This document shows positions 9,900 to 23,177 of a stretch of 64,000 bases of DNA, piece by piece; position 1 is the first letter of the stretch, and each line of letters begins with the position of its first letter. Made by a program: the position numbers and the translations under genes. Below the pieces are notes generated by a model, which saw nothing but the letters and a program-made list of their open reading frames with translations, had not been told where the DNA came from and searched no databases. Source of the DNA: Raillietiella orientalis (taxonomy: Eukaryota). Location: positions 1,860,001 to 1,924,000 of the forward strand of contig JAYWIR010000001.1 in NCBI GenBank assembly GCA_036172245.1, written 5' to 3'.

Positions 9900-12800
9900 G
9901 CAGCGGTCGACGCAAGACAAGAAGGGGCGAAGGTAGAGAGAGGTATGGGGTGAGGAAAGGTATGCCCCTCCTGGTCGGTCCTCCCGAAGGTTCCGGTTTG
10001 GTCTGCCCAGAAATGCCCTCCAAAATTCTCTCCTCTTTCCTCCTCTGGACCGGCCAGGTGATGTCGACGTCTCCCGGGCCCGGTCGGAATTCAGCCACTT
10101 CGCCGGCCCCTGCTACGGCTGCACGTCACCCGAGACTCGTAAAGTCGACCCAACCCACCTCATCCTGAGGTTCCTGAGGTCATCGCACCCTGCATCTTCG
10201 GATCAGCTGGATTCCGGTCAGTTCTCCTTCTCCGGGACGTTTCCCTCCCGGCCGCACAAAGTCCTTCCCTCCTTCCCGAGAGCGAGAGACCCCATTGATC
10301 CCCGGGAGCATCAACGGTCCCGCTCTCTGGCAGGACCTCGTCCTGCCTTCCCGAACGCAGCCTGAGGCCGAAGGGGTGGGTCGTTCTCTGATGGCCTGGT
10401 TCCTCCGGGAGAGGGGAGCGGAGTTTTACCGGAGGTTCCGGCAGGCCACGCGTCTCGAGTTTCCGCAGCAACAGACAAGCGGAACGGAGAACGAAAGGGA
10501 CCTGCTCCCTCGGAGCGAAGCGCATTGGGAATGCCTTGGTGGCGGAAATCGGCGTGCAGCGCCTGTGGCTACCCTCCCTCCTCCCTCCTCTGCGGACCCA
10601 GATGTCAGCACTCGTCGGATTTCTCAGCTTTCTTCCGTCTTCTCGCTTCTGGCGCAGGATGCTGACCGTTCGTCTGTGAACCTCAGGAGTCTCCGCACCG
10701 TTCCCACTCCGAGGGTCGTCGTGCCATCCGCCCTAGGCGCTTGATTCCCAATCGGTCCGTGCGACCCTTTCCGGATCCCAGGAAAGCTCCCGCTGCCCAC
10801 GAGGTGGCGCCGCAATTCTCAGCCTTACCCCCCGAGACTCCTCTATCCTCCTCTTCTCCCCTTAGGAAGACAAAGGCGCGAGTCAAGGGGCCTCATGTTG
10901 GCTCGATACGACCCTCGCGGGGGAGCGGCGCTGGTCAGGTGCTCGCGACTGTTCTGTTGACTTCGTCTTTCTCACCGGGAGCCTCCTGCGTCGGTCACGA
11001 TCTCCCACCCGCGCGGCGCCTCCATGGAGACTTCGAGGTCGACCAGGGAGCCGGATATGGAGCTCTCCAAGGCGGCGCCGATCTTCCCTAGGAAGGGAAG
11101 ATCAGCGGGTGAGTATCCTGTAGAGGAATGGAGGCTGCTGGGATCGCGTGCCGGCGTAACAGCGAAGAGGTCCTGGGAGAATCCCCGCTCCGAGGATTTC
11201 GTTCCGGAGCGGAGCGTAGTCGAGCCAGAGCGCCCCCTCTTCGTCCTCGCCCTGTGAAGGCGAGGACGAAGAGGACGGTCAACTGAAGTTCTCTGCCACT
11301 CTCGGGATTGCCTCCGAAGTCCCGTGGGAGGAGGTCGGGAGGCGAGGAGAGTGGCGACCTTTCGGCGGACCGTGAGGACTCTCGATGGATACCGCTCCGA
11401 GGCATGAGTGCCTCCGCCGCTGAGTGCAGCGGCTGCCCGCGGGAGTCGCAACCCCGAGACGCAAACTGAGCAGAGTTCAATGATGCCCTCACGTTCTCCA
11501 GCTCGCCGGCGACCAGGGCACTTTCTGTGAATGAGATTTGAGGTGAACGCAAAGAGGGGTCAAGCAGTCGTTGCTCCTCTTTCTGAGAGGATGTGCTCAC
11601 CTGGACGACGGAATTCTGCGGTCCTCTGCTGTCCACCATCCTCGCTCCATCAGTCAATGGACCGTCACCGAGGTCCCCCCCCATCACGGGTCCTCAAGGA
11701 AGACGAGATGAGCCAGATGATCTTTTCCGGACGATCCAGTGTTTCTCCGGGAACCCGAAGATGAACCGATTGGGGGAAGGGGGTAGCAGCAGACAGGGTT
11801 CCCCAACAGATGCGGAACCATCGGAGAAAAGGAGCTTGCAGTACATCTCCTTTGCAACCCTGCGCAGGCCAGTCTCTTTCCGCACAAGCGTGGTCACCGG
11901 GAGGAAGGGAAGTGGGAGCTGGAAGAGGAGGAGGAATGGAGGAGAAAGAGGAGTTGAAGCGTCAGACCCACGCACCTTGACGGTCTGTCGCGCTCACCAG
12001 GGGACCTATTGCACAGGCCAGTCGGCGTCCTGCTCGCGGTCCTCGAAGTTGGCAGCAAGGGAAAAGGAGGCATCCATGGACAAACGGGTGTAACTGATGA
12101 CTCCCCACAAGGAGGGAGATATCTCCGTGGTGCAGTGAGGCAATCAGCTGAAGGAGGATGCATGTATCGTGGAAACCGAAAGAAAATGTGAAGAGAAAGT
12201 CAAGGTTTCCGACCGGCGGGAGTGCGCAGTGCACCTATGCAAGATGCAGATGTGAGGATGTACAGCCTACAAGTTCAACCCACCGGCTCCACTACGGCCC
12301 AAGATGAGCCCCCGAGCTCCGAAAAAACACATAAAACAGAAGACCACCTCACAAGGAGCGATGGGTAAGGCGTGCTTGCAGTTCGGACAGTCTTCCCCGA
12401 GTGCTTTTGCCATTGGAACCATTCTGTGGGGGCCCGACTTTGCCTCCAGGAATCCAAGGCAACCTCCTGATGTTCTGCACTGCGCAAGCCACCCAGAGGG
12501 TAAAAGGTGCTCTGCATGAGGGACCGCGGAAGACAGACTTCATTTCTTCTCGACCTTTTGTCTAAAACCAAAGTGCAGGTCTGCATCCCAAAAGTGATTG
12601 GAAGAATAAGAAGGAGATAAGAAGGGAGTTAAGAAGAACTGTAAAGACTGTGTTGCACCTGACGTCCAGAGCTGCCAGTTAATACCTATTCGGGGATAAG
12701 AAGAAGGGATGTCTGGGCTGTGCGGCCGTCTGATGAAGAAGACACTTTCATCATCGACGGTCGCTCCAAGCTCTTAAGATCTCCAGATGTCGCCGTCAAG

Positions 12801-14040
12801 AAACCTGCCAAGCAACCGATCTGCGAGATGGTACTTAACAACTTGCTCCGACCACCCTCGGAGGAAGAAATCAGAAGATTCCTATCCGGTGGACACCTCA
12901 GGGAAATTCTCACGGATTAGCGTGAACACGAGAAGTATCTGGACCACAGGAAGGCAAGCTTTCCACCTCATTTCTGCCAATTGGATCTTCGAGGATGGAG
13001 AAAACCAAAATCCAAGTCGGGGACCTAGCATGGCGACTCATTGATGAGGAGGAAACTCACTGCGGTGGTGTGGAACGTCCAAAGAGAACGCGCATGTCTC
13101 GAAGTAATCATTCAACATCCAGACCAAGGGAAAGCCATGTGCCGATGTGCTGGACTCCATCGTTCCTCAGGTTATTTCTTGACGACGGGCAAATATCTCC
13201 TTTTCGGCGACTTTCGTTTCATCCTTGCAACAAGATTGAACTTGCTGCCGATCGGGGACTTCGTAAGAAACCCCCAAGCAGAAAGATCGTGCTGCCCTTG
13301 CGTGACCTAGGATGAGACCCTGCCTCACATTCTAAATCACTGTATAGGGCACTGTCGTCTATACGCAGCGCCTCACGATGACATCGTGACCGAAAATGAT
13401 GCCAAGGAAACCGCAGTGCAGCTGCTGGTGCGGGAGAACAAGGCAGTATCCGGGTGCCACTCCTGTCTGAGACCCGAATTGGTGCTGCAGAAGGCAAGCA
13501 GGATGCTAGGCCTTGACGCCTCCTGTCTGTTTGCAAACCCTGAAGAGGAATTCAGGCTCACGAGAATAGAAAAAGAAGTCCCAGGAGATTGCCTCACAGG
13601 CCAGGAAAAAGGGACTTCAGGCTGAGCTTAGAGCCACTATCACCGGAGCACTAAAGACCTGGGATCCCTGAGACCATGGTATAATTCGCGAGCTAAGTAT
13701 CCTGAAACTGTATGCTGAGAACATGAGGCACCTGATGTTGGCCTCATACTTTCAATACATATCCCTAATGTACAGGCATAATACGGATATCTGTTGGACG
13801 CACCGTCTGGAGCATTCCCCAGACCATATCGTTAAGCCACAAGCTTACGAAACGGCTAAGGAAGAAGAGTCTTCCATCAAATCCGTAAAGAAGGAAGAAG
13901 CCATCAGCGAAACAGAGAGTGCTTACTTGCCAAATCCTTGGCCAAGATGGAAAGTGGTGAAACAGACGACCCGACGACAAGCAGTAACCACTCTGAAATC
14001 TTACGCGGACTTTTTGAAGCTCAGCAGAACGCCTCTCACG
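9900..14040 (+). mobile_element. Heavily decayed L1-like element: ORF1 remnant plus APE endonuclease and linker
   Basis: Degenerate APE motifs in the expected order: 'TILAPSVNG' (NVNG), 'DPVFLRE' (LQET), 'QGGRYL' (D-GR), 'ILWGPDF' (GGDFN), 'RDVWAVRP' (DVW), 'LSGGH' (SDH). Confidence 0.55.
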
Positions 14041-14689
14041 TAAGAGATCTTTCCCTCGGTGAGGAGCACGGCCTTCTTTATCCGAAGTTCTTAAAGAGGA
14101 AAACAAAGCTCCGGTGAAGCATGAAGGTGTCAGTGTGGGACACCCCGATGGACTTGTCAAAGAAAGAAATGGGCATCAGAGGGTGCTGTGGAGTTCCAGC
14201 CTGAACTCTTCCTTACTCTCTGCTGAAGATACAAGAAGCCGGAAGACACCTCAGTGTGAGATTCGAGAGTGTGAGCCCCCTAACTGCTCCCTATGAACCC
14301 GCACCAAACGGGAACGATGTTTTCCTTGACCTGCGGGACGAAAAACTCTCCGAAGGAAACTTGCCCCACCGCCGGACCGACTGGGGTGAAGAGGAGGGCG
14401 GAGGTGACGAGCGAAAGGGCGGAGGAATGGCAGCAGGATCGAGCAGCTGCTGAACAGCACCTCAACGTGCTTTTTTCCCCGGAGGAGAAAAAAAAAAGAA
14501 TGAAAAAGATCAGACAAGGGAGACGAAAACAGCGGAGAACTCGGTTTTGAAGGACTCGAGTTCCCCTCTAACAGTCGAGTTCTTCACGGTAATCACGGAA
14601 GCAACATGGCGGAAGTAGAAAAGACTCTTCTCCAGCAATAGGTGCCCGATTACTAGGGAGATCGTACTCCCCACACAAACAAGGTCGCT

Positions 14690-15780
14690 AGGTACCGGGG
14701 GTGCCATCAATGTTTCCGATGCGAAAAAGCGAACACTTTGTACAGTTTGCACCCTTCCGTGTCCAATGAGGCCGGCGAGTGTTGTACGGGAGGCCCCAGT
14801 GCAGCTGATCAATGCAGACTTCTGCCACTTTAAAGGGAGGGAGCAAGTGCCTAAAAGCACAGTGAGCCACTCTAGGTTTTCCAGTGGAATATCCCTGAGC
14901 TCTCCCTAGCGCAGAAGTCCTTGAGATGGAGCAGTTGGGGTCGCAGCACCTGTAAGCTGGTCCGTCTTGCATTCACCTACTCCTTTTCTTTTCGTGGAGG
15001 TTTCCATCTTGATCTCCCATCTAGAGGGAAAGATGGCTGCCCATGTGTTGCCTCAGGAAGAGCAGCGCTACTTCAAGGGAGATTTTTTCCTACCCACGCA
15101 TTCTTCGTGGGACGTTCGATTATCAACCAGAGCGAGAAGTTATAGCAACATTTGCCGTGCCTGTTCCGGGAGTCGCTCGTTGTTCTTCGCCCACACGCGA
15201 AGGGTTTCCTGAGACCAGGCATTACCGTTCTCGTGGTAATAGGAGATCCTGAGATCCTGAGATATTCCTGAGATCCAGCTGTTGGTCCTGGTCAGCGTAG
15301 CCACCCACAGGAGTTGCAGTCCGCAGTGGATGAGACTGCATGGACGGCGTGCAAGGAAGGATGTAAGTCCCACGCTGGCAGTGGCTTGTTGAACGAGGAG
15401 GTGTGCAGGTTGGCACCAGGTGGTGCTCCACAGCTTCGCCACCAGGGCAAGCGTCCGAAACTGGAGCTGCAGTTTTATTCGCTCAACAGGTCGAGGCCAC
15501 CCTCCCAACGCGGAGCACGCGAGTCCTTGGGACGGACTCAGGACCTTCCCTCGTCCCAGAGAGCAATCCTGAGGAGGTCCTTCATCCGTTTTCCTATGTG
15601 TTCTGGTGGGAGCAAAAAGTTCTGTCCGGCAAACAAAAAGCAGGGGGCAGAGGAGGGAGGCCACACCGCTGCCCGTTCCGTTAAGTGGAACCTGCCTCCT
15701 GGGAACGGGCCGAGAGCCTGCTCTGCCTACTGGAGACGGCCGGACCAGGCTTCTGCAGCGCAGAAGTTTCCCAGCGGCGA
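14690..15780 (-). mobile_element. L1/Tx1-like ORF2 C-terminal fragment
   Basis: 'LPLKWQK' and 'QLHWGLPYNTRRPHWTRKGANCTKC' are zf-RVT-like; nucleotide similarity to 43950-44720. Confidence 0.7.
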
Positions 15781-16499
15781 GAGTGCTTGGAGAAAAGAAC
15801 ACGAAGACCGGTGAGCGTCCGAAAAGCAGGGCCTCCCGGGCCGCCCACCGGAAGCGGTGAGAATCGAATGAACGTTGCACGTTCCCGCGACGGACGGGGA
15901 CGGCGCGCGCTGGCGTGCTGGCGTCTTTGCCTTCCGTCGATAAGCAGGCGCTCGCGTTCGGATGTGCGCGCAGCCGGTGCAATCGGCGTCATCCGTTAGG
16001 GAAGAACCCGGAAACGCGAAAGAAATTAAATAGACCTTTGGCTCTTTCCGTTGAGGCATCTTCTAATCCCGAGGGTGGTGGGTAGTGGAGAGCAAGACCG
16101 GCAGCCTCTGTGCAATGTTCGAGTTCGCACTTGCGTCCTCCCGGCTGCCGCGCGGGAACGGCAGGGCGGACCCGCGGTAGCCGTCTTCAAGGCATTGCTG
16201 ACGTCGGCAGGAAGGAGGGGAGATGCTCTCTCTCAGCTTGGTTTCGTCTCTTCCTTGAGCGGGCCGTTTGTTTCTTTGTTCTCTTTGCCCACGGGAATTC
16301 CCGCCGCTCGCCTCCCCGGCGCAACCGGGTGATAGCCACCTAACCGTTTGCCGCGAAAGGAAGAGAGCAGGAAGACGGGGACGGGATTTTTTCACACCGG
16401 TTTCCGGAGGAGACGAACAAAACAAACCCAGAGCCAAAAAAAAAGAAGAAAAAGAAAGAGGGAATCCCGAAAAGCCATGCAGATTCGAGAAGCCAGCAT

Positions 16500-17050
16500 C
16501 TCCCCATCCGTGTGATCCGATGCTGCGCGCGAAGGGCGAGCGAGTCCCTGGCGGACGCGGTGCGGAAGCGCGAGCGGGGGAATCGGAAAGGAAGCAGCAT
16601 GGCTGCTTTCGCGGAGGCGACCGGCGAGTCGCCGGCTGCAGACTCTATCCAGCCTCCATCCCGCGGACGAAGCTGGCTGTTCGGCCGAGCCCCCGCCTCA
16701 TCGACGGGCTCGTCGGCGCATGCGAGCGAGCGTCCCCGTTCAGAGCCAGTCCCAGCGACTTCCGGAATTCGCTGCGAGGGGGAAACCGCTGCCAGCGCTT
16801 CGCCTGTGACGCGACCGAGACTCCCTTTCGAGGAAACCGGGACGGCTTATCAAGGAGTCGGGGGAGGGAGGAACAGGCGTCCTGATGCTGCGCCGCGGGC
16901 TCGGTCCGGGCCCGCTCAGAAAGCAAGGCAGGGCGACCATCAAGCGATTCCGCGACTGACAAAACTCGCCCCAGCCTGGAACGATCGAAACCTCCAACCG
17001 AACCTCAGGAAAGCGGGCCGAGGATGGACTTCAGCCGAGGCCCTTGCGGG
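16500..17050 (+). mobile_element. LINE ORF1 (gag-like CCHC) fragment, Jockey/I-like
   Basis: 'NRCQRFAC' and 'KARQGDHQAIPRL' resemble C-CQ-FGH and NC-G-H-A knuckles. Confidence 0.4.
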
Positions 17051-17084
17051 GAGCGGTGCGCAGGAGTGTGGCTGGCGGAAGGAG

Positions 17085-17605
17085 GCCGTCACTGAGTACT
17101 GAAGAGCCGCTCGCTTCCTTAGGTGGAGGGGATCACTCCTCGCTTCTTCTCCGAAGGAAATCCGGAAAGATCCGCTCCCTATTTCTTTTCTGAGAGGAAC
17201 CGCTCCTGGTTTCCTCCACTGAAGGGGAAACTAAGAGCGGTTCCCTCTGAATAGAACCCCGAAGGGAGCGCGCTTCTTACATTGCGAAGGCAGACCCCCT
17301 GAGTGGAGCATCAACCAGCTCCATGGCAACGGCTCCATTTTCACAACCAGAGGGGAACCCCGAAGGGTTCTTTGATCCCTGAAAGGACCCCAGAGGATCA
17401 GCTCCCAATCCCAACTGCTCAACGGGAGCATCCGGTTTCCACCTGTGCTATCTACCTAAAGCCCGTGGGCCAACCGGCGTCATCCTGCTGGGGGAAGGGG
17501 AGGGTATTCGAAGCATACGACGCACCCTTTATTCCTAGGCGTCGACTCTTCCCCGGGCGGGATTCGAACCCTCGACGCTCGCTGCTCCACGGCCGCCAAC
17601 GCGGG
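17085..17605 (-). mobile_element. tRNA-derived SINE
   Basis: B-box GGTTCGAATCC (reverse complement at 17560-17570); shared body blocks GGATGACGCCGGTTGG and CATGGAGCTGGTTGAT; tail block CTCTTCAGTACT. Confidence 0.85.
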
Positions 17606-17999
17606 AGGCCGTCGCCAATCCGAGCTCCTGGGCAGCGTCCGCGACACGCCTCCAGAAGGAGCGCTGCCTGACACGCGCAGGAAGGAAATCCGCCTCTGTG
17701 CCTGCTGCCAGACGTGGACCAGGAAGAAGACGGAAAAACCACGTGGAACCTACGGCAGCCGAGTGTCGTGATTCCTCGTCACAGAGGGGTGGAGCGACCG
17801 GTCGACAGTCCGGACGCCACCTCACCCGGGCAGGGACGTCTTTAAATGAGCTCAACGGCCGAGCGCGACCTCATGCACCGCGCCCCCTAAAACATCGTTG
17901 CTCTCGATGCTCCAGTCCGGGTGGTTCCCAGCATCCCTTCACTCCGGATCCGATGATCCCACGGTGAGAGCATCTACGCCTCGGGAGGACGAGATACTT

Positions 18000-18900
18000 C
18001 GACGGCGTAGCAGCTTCGACTCCATCGAAGGGGAAGAGTGAGAAGCGAGCTTAGATGGTGATTCCCTTGGCCTGATGGAGGGTCGGCTGGTTGCCTTGTG
18101 GCGGTTAGCAGACGCCCACTGTCCGCCTTTGGATACCTCAGACCCCGGGGGCAAACTCCTCTTGAACTGGTGCGCCCGCTCCCAGTCGTCTTTGTCTGTT
18201 TTCCTTCAAGGTGGTTCTTTAAGCTCATCAGTGTCGCAGATGCACTGTGGAAAATTCCAGAAGTCCGGTCAAAGTGCTTCGTGCCGTCTTCGCGGCTGCT
18301 TTTAAACATTTCCACGGAAGACTACTCAAGGTCATTGCGAGCATCCTGAATTCATCATTTTCGGTCCCAGCGGCAAAGACCTTTCCGCGTAACATGGACC
18401 TGGACCACCATGGAGGATCCATTCTTGTTGAAACCTTCTTGCACTATCGCACCACGGAAGAATCTCTGCAGCGTTAGGGTGAGGCGGGCAACGGCCGTCA
18501 CTTGCTCCTCAAACGACCATCCGGAGAAGATTTCTCCTTAGACCTCGATCCCGCGTCTAGCTGCGATTGCGGCGGGTTCTTTGACCGCTTCGAGAGCTTC
18601 ACACAAGTGGCAGAGGTCCGACCGAGCACACGGGGGAGGCTGAGGCGTCCTTCTGGATGAGGAGGCGACGGAGGTGACATCTGAGGGCAAGAGAAGGAAA
18701 ACGGCTCGCCGCCGAAGATCTGGATCTGGTGCAAGTCGGCAGGGTTCCTTTGCACTGAAACTCAGCTGCAGACTGAGATCCCACAGCTATAGCAGCTGCG
18801 CCCTGCAACTTTCCACTCCGCGCCCTAAGCCTACTCGCTGTTTGGTAACGTCCTCCAAGAGATCTCTCGTGAGTGTTTCGACATGGGATTCTCAAATCCA
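18000..18900 (-). mobile_element. Possible decayed LINE APE fragment
   Basis: Weak motifs only ('DLRIPCRNTH', GDFN-like). Confidence 0.3.
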
Positions 18901-19264
18901 CCATCTTGGCGGGAGAAGGGAATCGCTCCAGGACAGCGCCGCACAGTTTCCCTGCTCCCTCTCCGTCCCAGATTTGGAAGGTCAGCCAGTTGCAGCTGAT
19001 GACCTCCTAAGAGAGCATCAAGTGATCTCTGGTTGAGCTCTGACAAACGTGCTCGATCTGCCTGCTTCATCCATCCCATGTTTGTTCCTGATTCGTCCCT
19101 ATTCCCGGCAGCTATTTGCAGCCTCATCCCAAAAAGATTCGTTTCGAAGTCACGCTCAGTGCATCTTCACCATGACATCTTCACAGGGTTCCGGAAGCTG
19201 GCATCACCAGCTGTAAACCTCTGTTGCCAGGTCACTGATCTGAACAAGAAGGTTTTCGAATTTC

Positions 19265-19740
19265 ACGTTGGGTTAGGTTACGTGACGTGAAGTGACGTTA
19301 GGTTGAGTTAGTTGGGTTCGATTGGGTTAGGTTAGGTGATTTAGATCAGGTTAGGTAAGATAGGTTAGGTTAAATTAGTGTAGGTTGGCTTAGCAGAGGT
19401 TACGTTACGTTACGTGTTCTCAGATTGCGTTGGGTTAGGTTGGGGTAGGTTAGGCTTCGTGACGTACGGTGACGTTAGGGGTTGAGTTAGGTTAGGTTAG
19501 GTGGTACTCTAGGTATGTTAGGTTACTTTGGTTTAGGTGCGGTGAGGTTGGATTGGGTTGCTAGGAGAGTCCTGGAGGTAAGTCTCGAGACTTTCAGATA
19601 ATTGCACGTGTGGTAGGTTAGATTAGGTGGGATGATGTAGGTCGGTTAGGTCGGTTTGTTAGATAGGGTTGCTCAGTGGTTTTGCTCATATGTGTTCAGA
19701 TTACTTTGGTGAGTGTGGTCGTGTCTGAGGTGGGTAAGGT
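19265..19740 (+). repeat. Degenerate (TTAGG)n telomere-type pentamer array
   Basis: Many GGTTA/TTAGG units with TTACG, TGACG and TTGGG variants; 5 bp period. Confidence 0.9.
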
Positions 19741-20349
19741 ACATCGATGGGTCTGCCTTGGCTTTTCGAGTTCGGAATGTCTGCATCTCTTGCCTGGGAG
19801 CTTGCGATTATTATTATTATTTTTTTGGCCATTCCCAGGTGACGCATCAACTGTGTTAGGGAAGAGTCAGTTCTCCACGAGCGTTCTTTCGCTCGTAAAG
19901 CTCTCACATGTGGCCTTTCTCAAGGGTATCGGATGTCTTTTGCGTTGGGAGGGGTAAGCAACGGATGCCGATCTGGGGACAAGGGAGACTTTGCCGCAGC
20001 AGCTCGTCCATGTCACTGATGCATATGGGAATTCGGTGCAGGGGAGGTGAAGGCATGGAAGAGAGGTCACGAAGATCATGAAACCCTTTCTCACCACACG
20101 CGTCTGGGATGCGAATCGGGAAAAAAATGATTTGGTAATGTCTCTGAGAACTTGCCATCGGAGTGCTGCTGCGTCCGTTCCCATTATGGTCCCCCTCCTG
20201 AGCTCTTGGGTTCGCTCTCACCCTCACATGATAGGGATTGCCTTCGGATTCAGGAAATCCCGCGAGTTACGCCAAGTATCAGGAAATCCGTCGTTCAGCG
20301 AGGAGGATTCTTAGCAGCCCTTAGAAAAAGAAGGGAGGAGGGTAGGGAT

Positions 20350-22480
20350 AGAGGTCTTTGGTTTCATTCGTTCCTTTCTTTCTGTAAGCGGCTGTGTATG
20401 ATGGGAACACTACTGCTGACCTCTTCTGGCAGACGAGGCCACCTTGCAGCTGTCTTCATGAAGGTGGCTGCCATGCTGGTGCAGAGGCAGCAGAAGATTG
20501 CGATTACAGTTCCTGTCTTCAGTCCGTCTTGAGTGGAGAAGCGCTGCAACAAGTCCGAAACGACAGGGAGGCGAGCCGCCTAGACGAGTCTGCGGCACGT
20601 CCTCCAGACCACTGCAGCCCAATAGGAGGTTGGAACTCCACCTCCCCCGCACCTGGAACAGTTCGGAGAGGCACCTCCCCCGGAAACCAGGTGCCCGCTC
20701 TGGTTACACCGGAATCCTCCAGTGCAGAGATAGCTCCGTTTCCAACGAAGCGGGAACACAAAGGGTCCGAACGCAGGGAAGCGACCATTCTTTCTTAGGG
20801 GGGCCACATACCGAGCAGGTCGCTCCACCGAGGGAGTTCCTTCTCCCGAGAAGGACGAGTGGCGCCGTCCGCCACCAACTCGCTCGTCTTGCAGCTGTTG
20901 AGAAGTCTCTCGACTCCTGCATTTCAGCAAGACAACTCCCGCCCCGCAGGTTGGCTTATGTCGTTGGTTTCTCGGAGGAAAGACAGACTGCGGCAGGGTA
21001 TGCGACAGCTATCCGGGACCACTGCGTCCAGTCTTGCAGAAGATCTCCCAACGGCTCGCACGGGAGCTTCCGCAGCTTCTCTGATTGCACTTCTAAAGTG
21101 GACTCCAGAGCCTCCTCCCGCCAGGCATTTCAGTTTTGGAGGGAGGGCAGGAGATCCACGGGTGAGCTACCAGAAGCAAGGACAGGGAGCCAATTTCAGT
21201 CATTTATGCCGGCTGCGCGGCAACAGCAAAAGGAGTCCTGCGCTTTCCTCCGGAGGAGGAGGAGGGAAGCTGTAGCTGGGTGCCTCTTCCGGAAATTCTT
21301 CCCCCGCTTTCCTGCAGGCCGGGAACGCACGCGGCTTCCTCGAGCGGAAGCGGAGCGTCTTCCGATGCAAACAGCGAGCAGATGGATGATTTCATGCCGT
21401 GCGCGAGAGATCAAATCCGAGGAACTTGGAAGAGCACTGCTGTGATCCGGTTCCAGAAGATCCAGAGGGAGAGCGAGACTAGAGAATTTAATTCCGAAAA
21501 TGTTATGAGAATCGATCCTGACAACGGAGGATGGATCAGACCCTCGAAGATTCTCCAGCATCGACAGGGTCGGAGAGAAGAGAGAAGGGAAATTCCCTAA
21601 AGGGACTCTTCCCTCCTGGAGGTAAGTCCTGATGCCTGAAATCAGGAAGTCCAGAGCAGGCTGACATCCTTGTCAGGAGACCGGGATTTGCGTCAGTCTG
21701 TTTGTCCCGAGAAATTTTCTCCCGTTCTTGCTGCGCTGAAGATCTCTTTGCGCTCAACAGCCACGTCCCTATTCTGGCAGTCGCAAAGCGGAGAAAATGA
21801 AGTCGCCTCATCGCCGAATGCATGCTGTCGAAAGTTCGACGTCTCCGGATTTGGTCATTTCGGAGCGCCTTCGAACGTCACCACCACCAAACGGCCATCG
21901 CGAAAACACATCACGATGCAGTTGCCTCCCCGTCATGTTCCTGCCTGCTGGCCACGAACCAACTGCTGATACCATTCTTTTAGCCGGAGGTGGGGCTGTG
22001 TCCTTCATGCAAATCCTGCACAACGGAGAAATAGAAAAGAAAAGAATTCCTCGCTTCGAATCGACCACTTCTCTGCGGCAGTGCCCAAGCAAAAGACACG
22101 CCTCTTCCCTCGGTCTGCTTCCGGGTCGAGTGCTTTCCCTCAGTTCGCAATCCCGGTGGACTCCCGCTCATAGCACGCTTCTCTTCTGGCTTTCCTCTGC
22201 TCTAGGCGTCTGTTGGAGAAATGCGAGCGTCGCACCTGACCTGCACACCCTCCGGAAATCTGCAAATTTGGCTTGCAGAACTCGGTGAGCCCACTTCTTC
22301 CAAAGCACACTCAGCATCGTTCCCGAATGCCATCCGTCGCAACTACAAAAGACCTTTCCATGTTCCGCTCGGTCCCAGCGAATGCTGGTGCAGTTCCCGC
22401 TATTTGCTATCTCCAACGACGACGGTATGCAGTGTACGTCTCCAGGCCAGAACGAAGGCATCATGCTGAGGAGACACAGA
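20350..22480 (+). mobile_element. Decayed hAT transposase (ZNF862/Tip100-like) lying between the two pentamer arrays
   Basis: Motifs in the expected order: 'WFHSFLSFCKRLC' (TTF-type finger), 'TSGAVRHQLARL' (DESTD...QL), 'FGGRAG...QGANFSHLCRLRG' (DGA...HC-AH), 'RKFFPRFPAGR' (FF-SP-R), 'SFPNAIRRNYKRPFHVPLGPSEC' (dimerization domain). Confidence 0.55.
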
Positions 22481-22579
22481 TGCAGACAGCCACGTGAGGA
22501 TTCGCTTCAATCGTTCACAACTCCAAATCATAACTCCAGAACCGCAGAGAAGAATGGCCACTTTGTGTACACGTGACCA

Positions 22580-23143
22580 CAGTCCAACCTCAACTAAACC
22601 GAACTATCTACTCTCAACCTCCCTTCACCTAACCCAACTTGATACAACCGAACCTAAACTAATTCATCATACCTAACCCAACTTAACCTAACGCAACCCA
22701 AACAACATAACCAGCCTAACTACCAAAAAACTCCCGTAACCTACGCAACGTAACCTCACCTAACCTAAGGTCACCTCCACTATCTAACCTAACCTGAGCC
22801 AACCGAGCCAACCTACTCCAGCCAAGCGTCACGTAACGTAAACTAACCTAACCTAAACTACCTAACCCAACCTAGCCTAACCTCACCCAACCTAAGGTAA
22901 CCTAAACTAACCTACCTGACTAACCTCAAGTAACCCAATCTGATCTGAGCTAACCTAACTGACCTCACCTAAGCTGATCCAACCTACCTAACCCAACCTA
23001 ACGTCAAGTAACCTAACCTAAACCAAGCTAACCTTAACTACCTAATCTAACCTAAGCTTACGTCCCTAAGCTTTCCCTAACTAACTTACCTCACTTAACC
23101 TAACCGAACAGAACCTACTCCTATATGTACACGCTTCGGCTGT

Positions 23144-23177
<34 letters not shown>

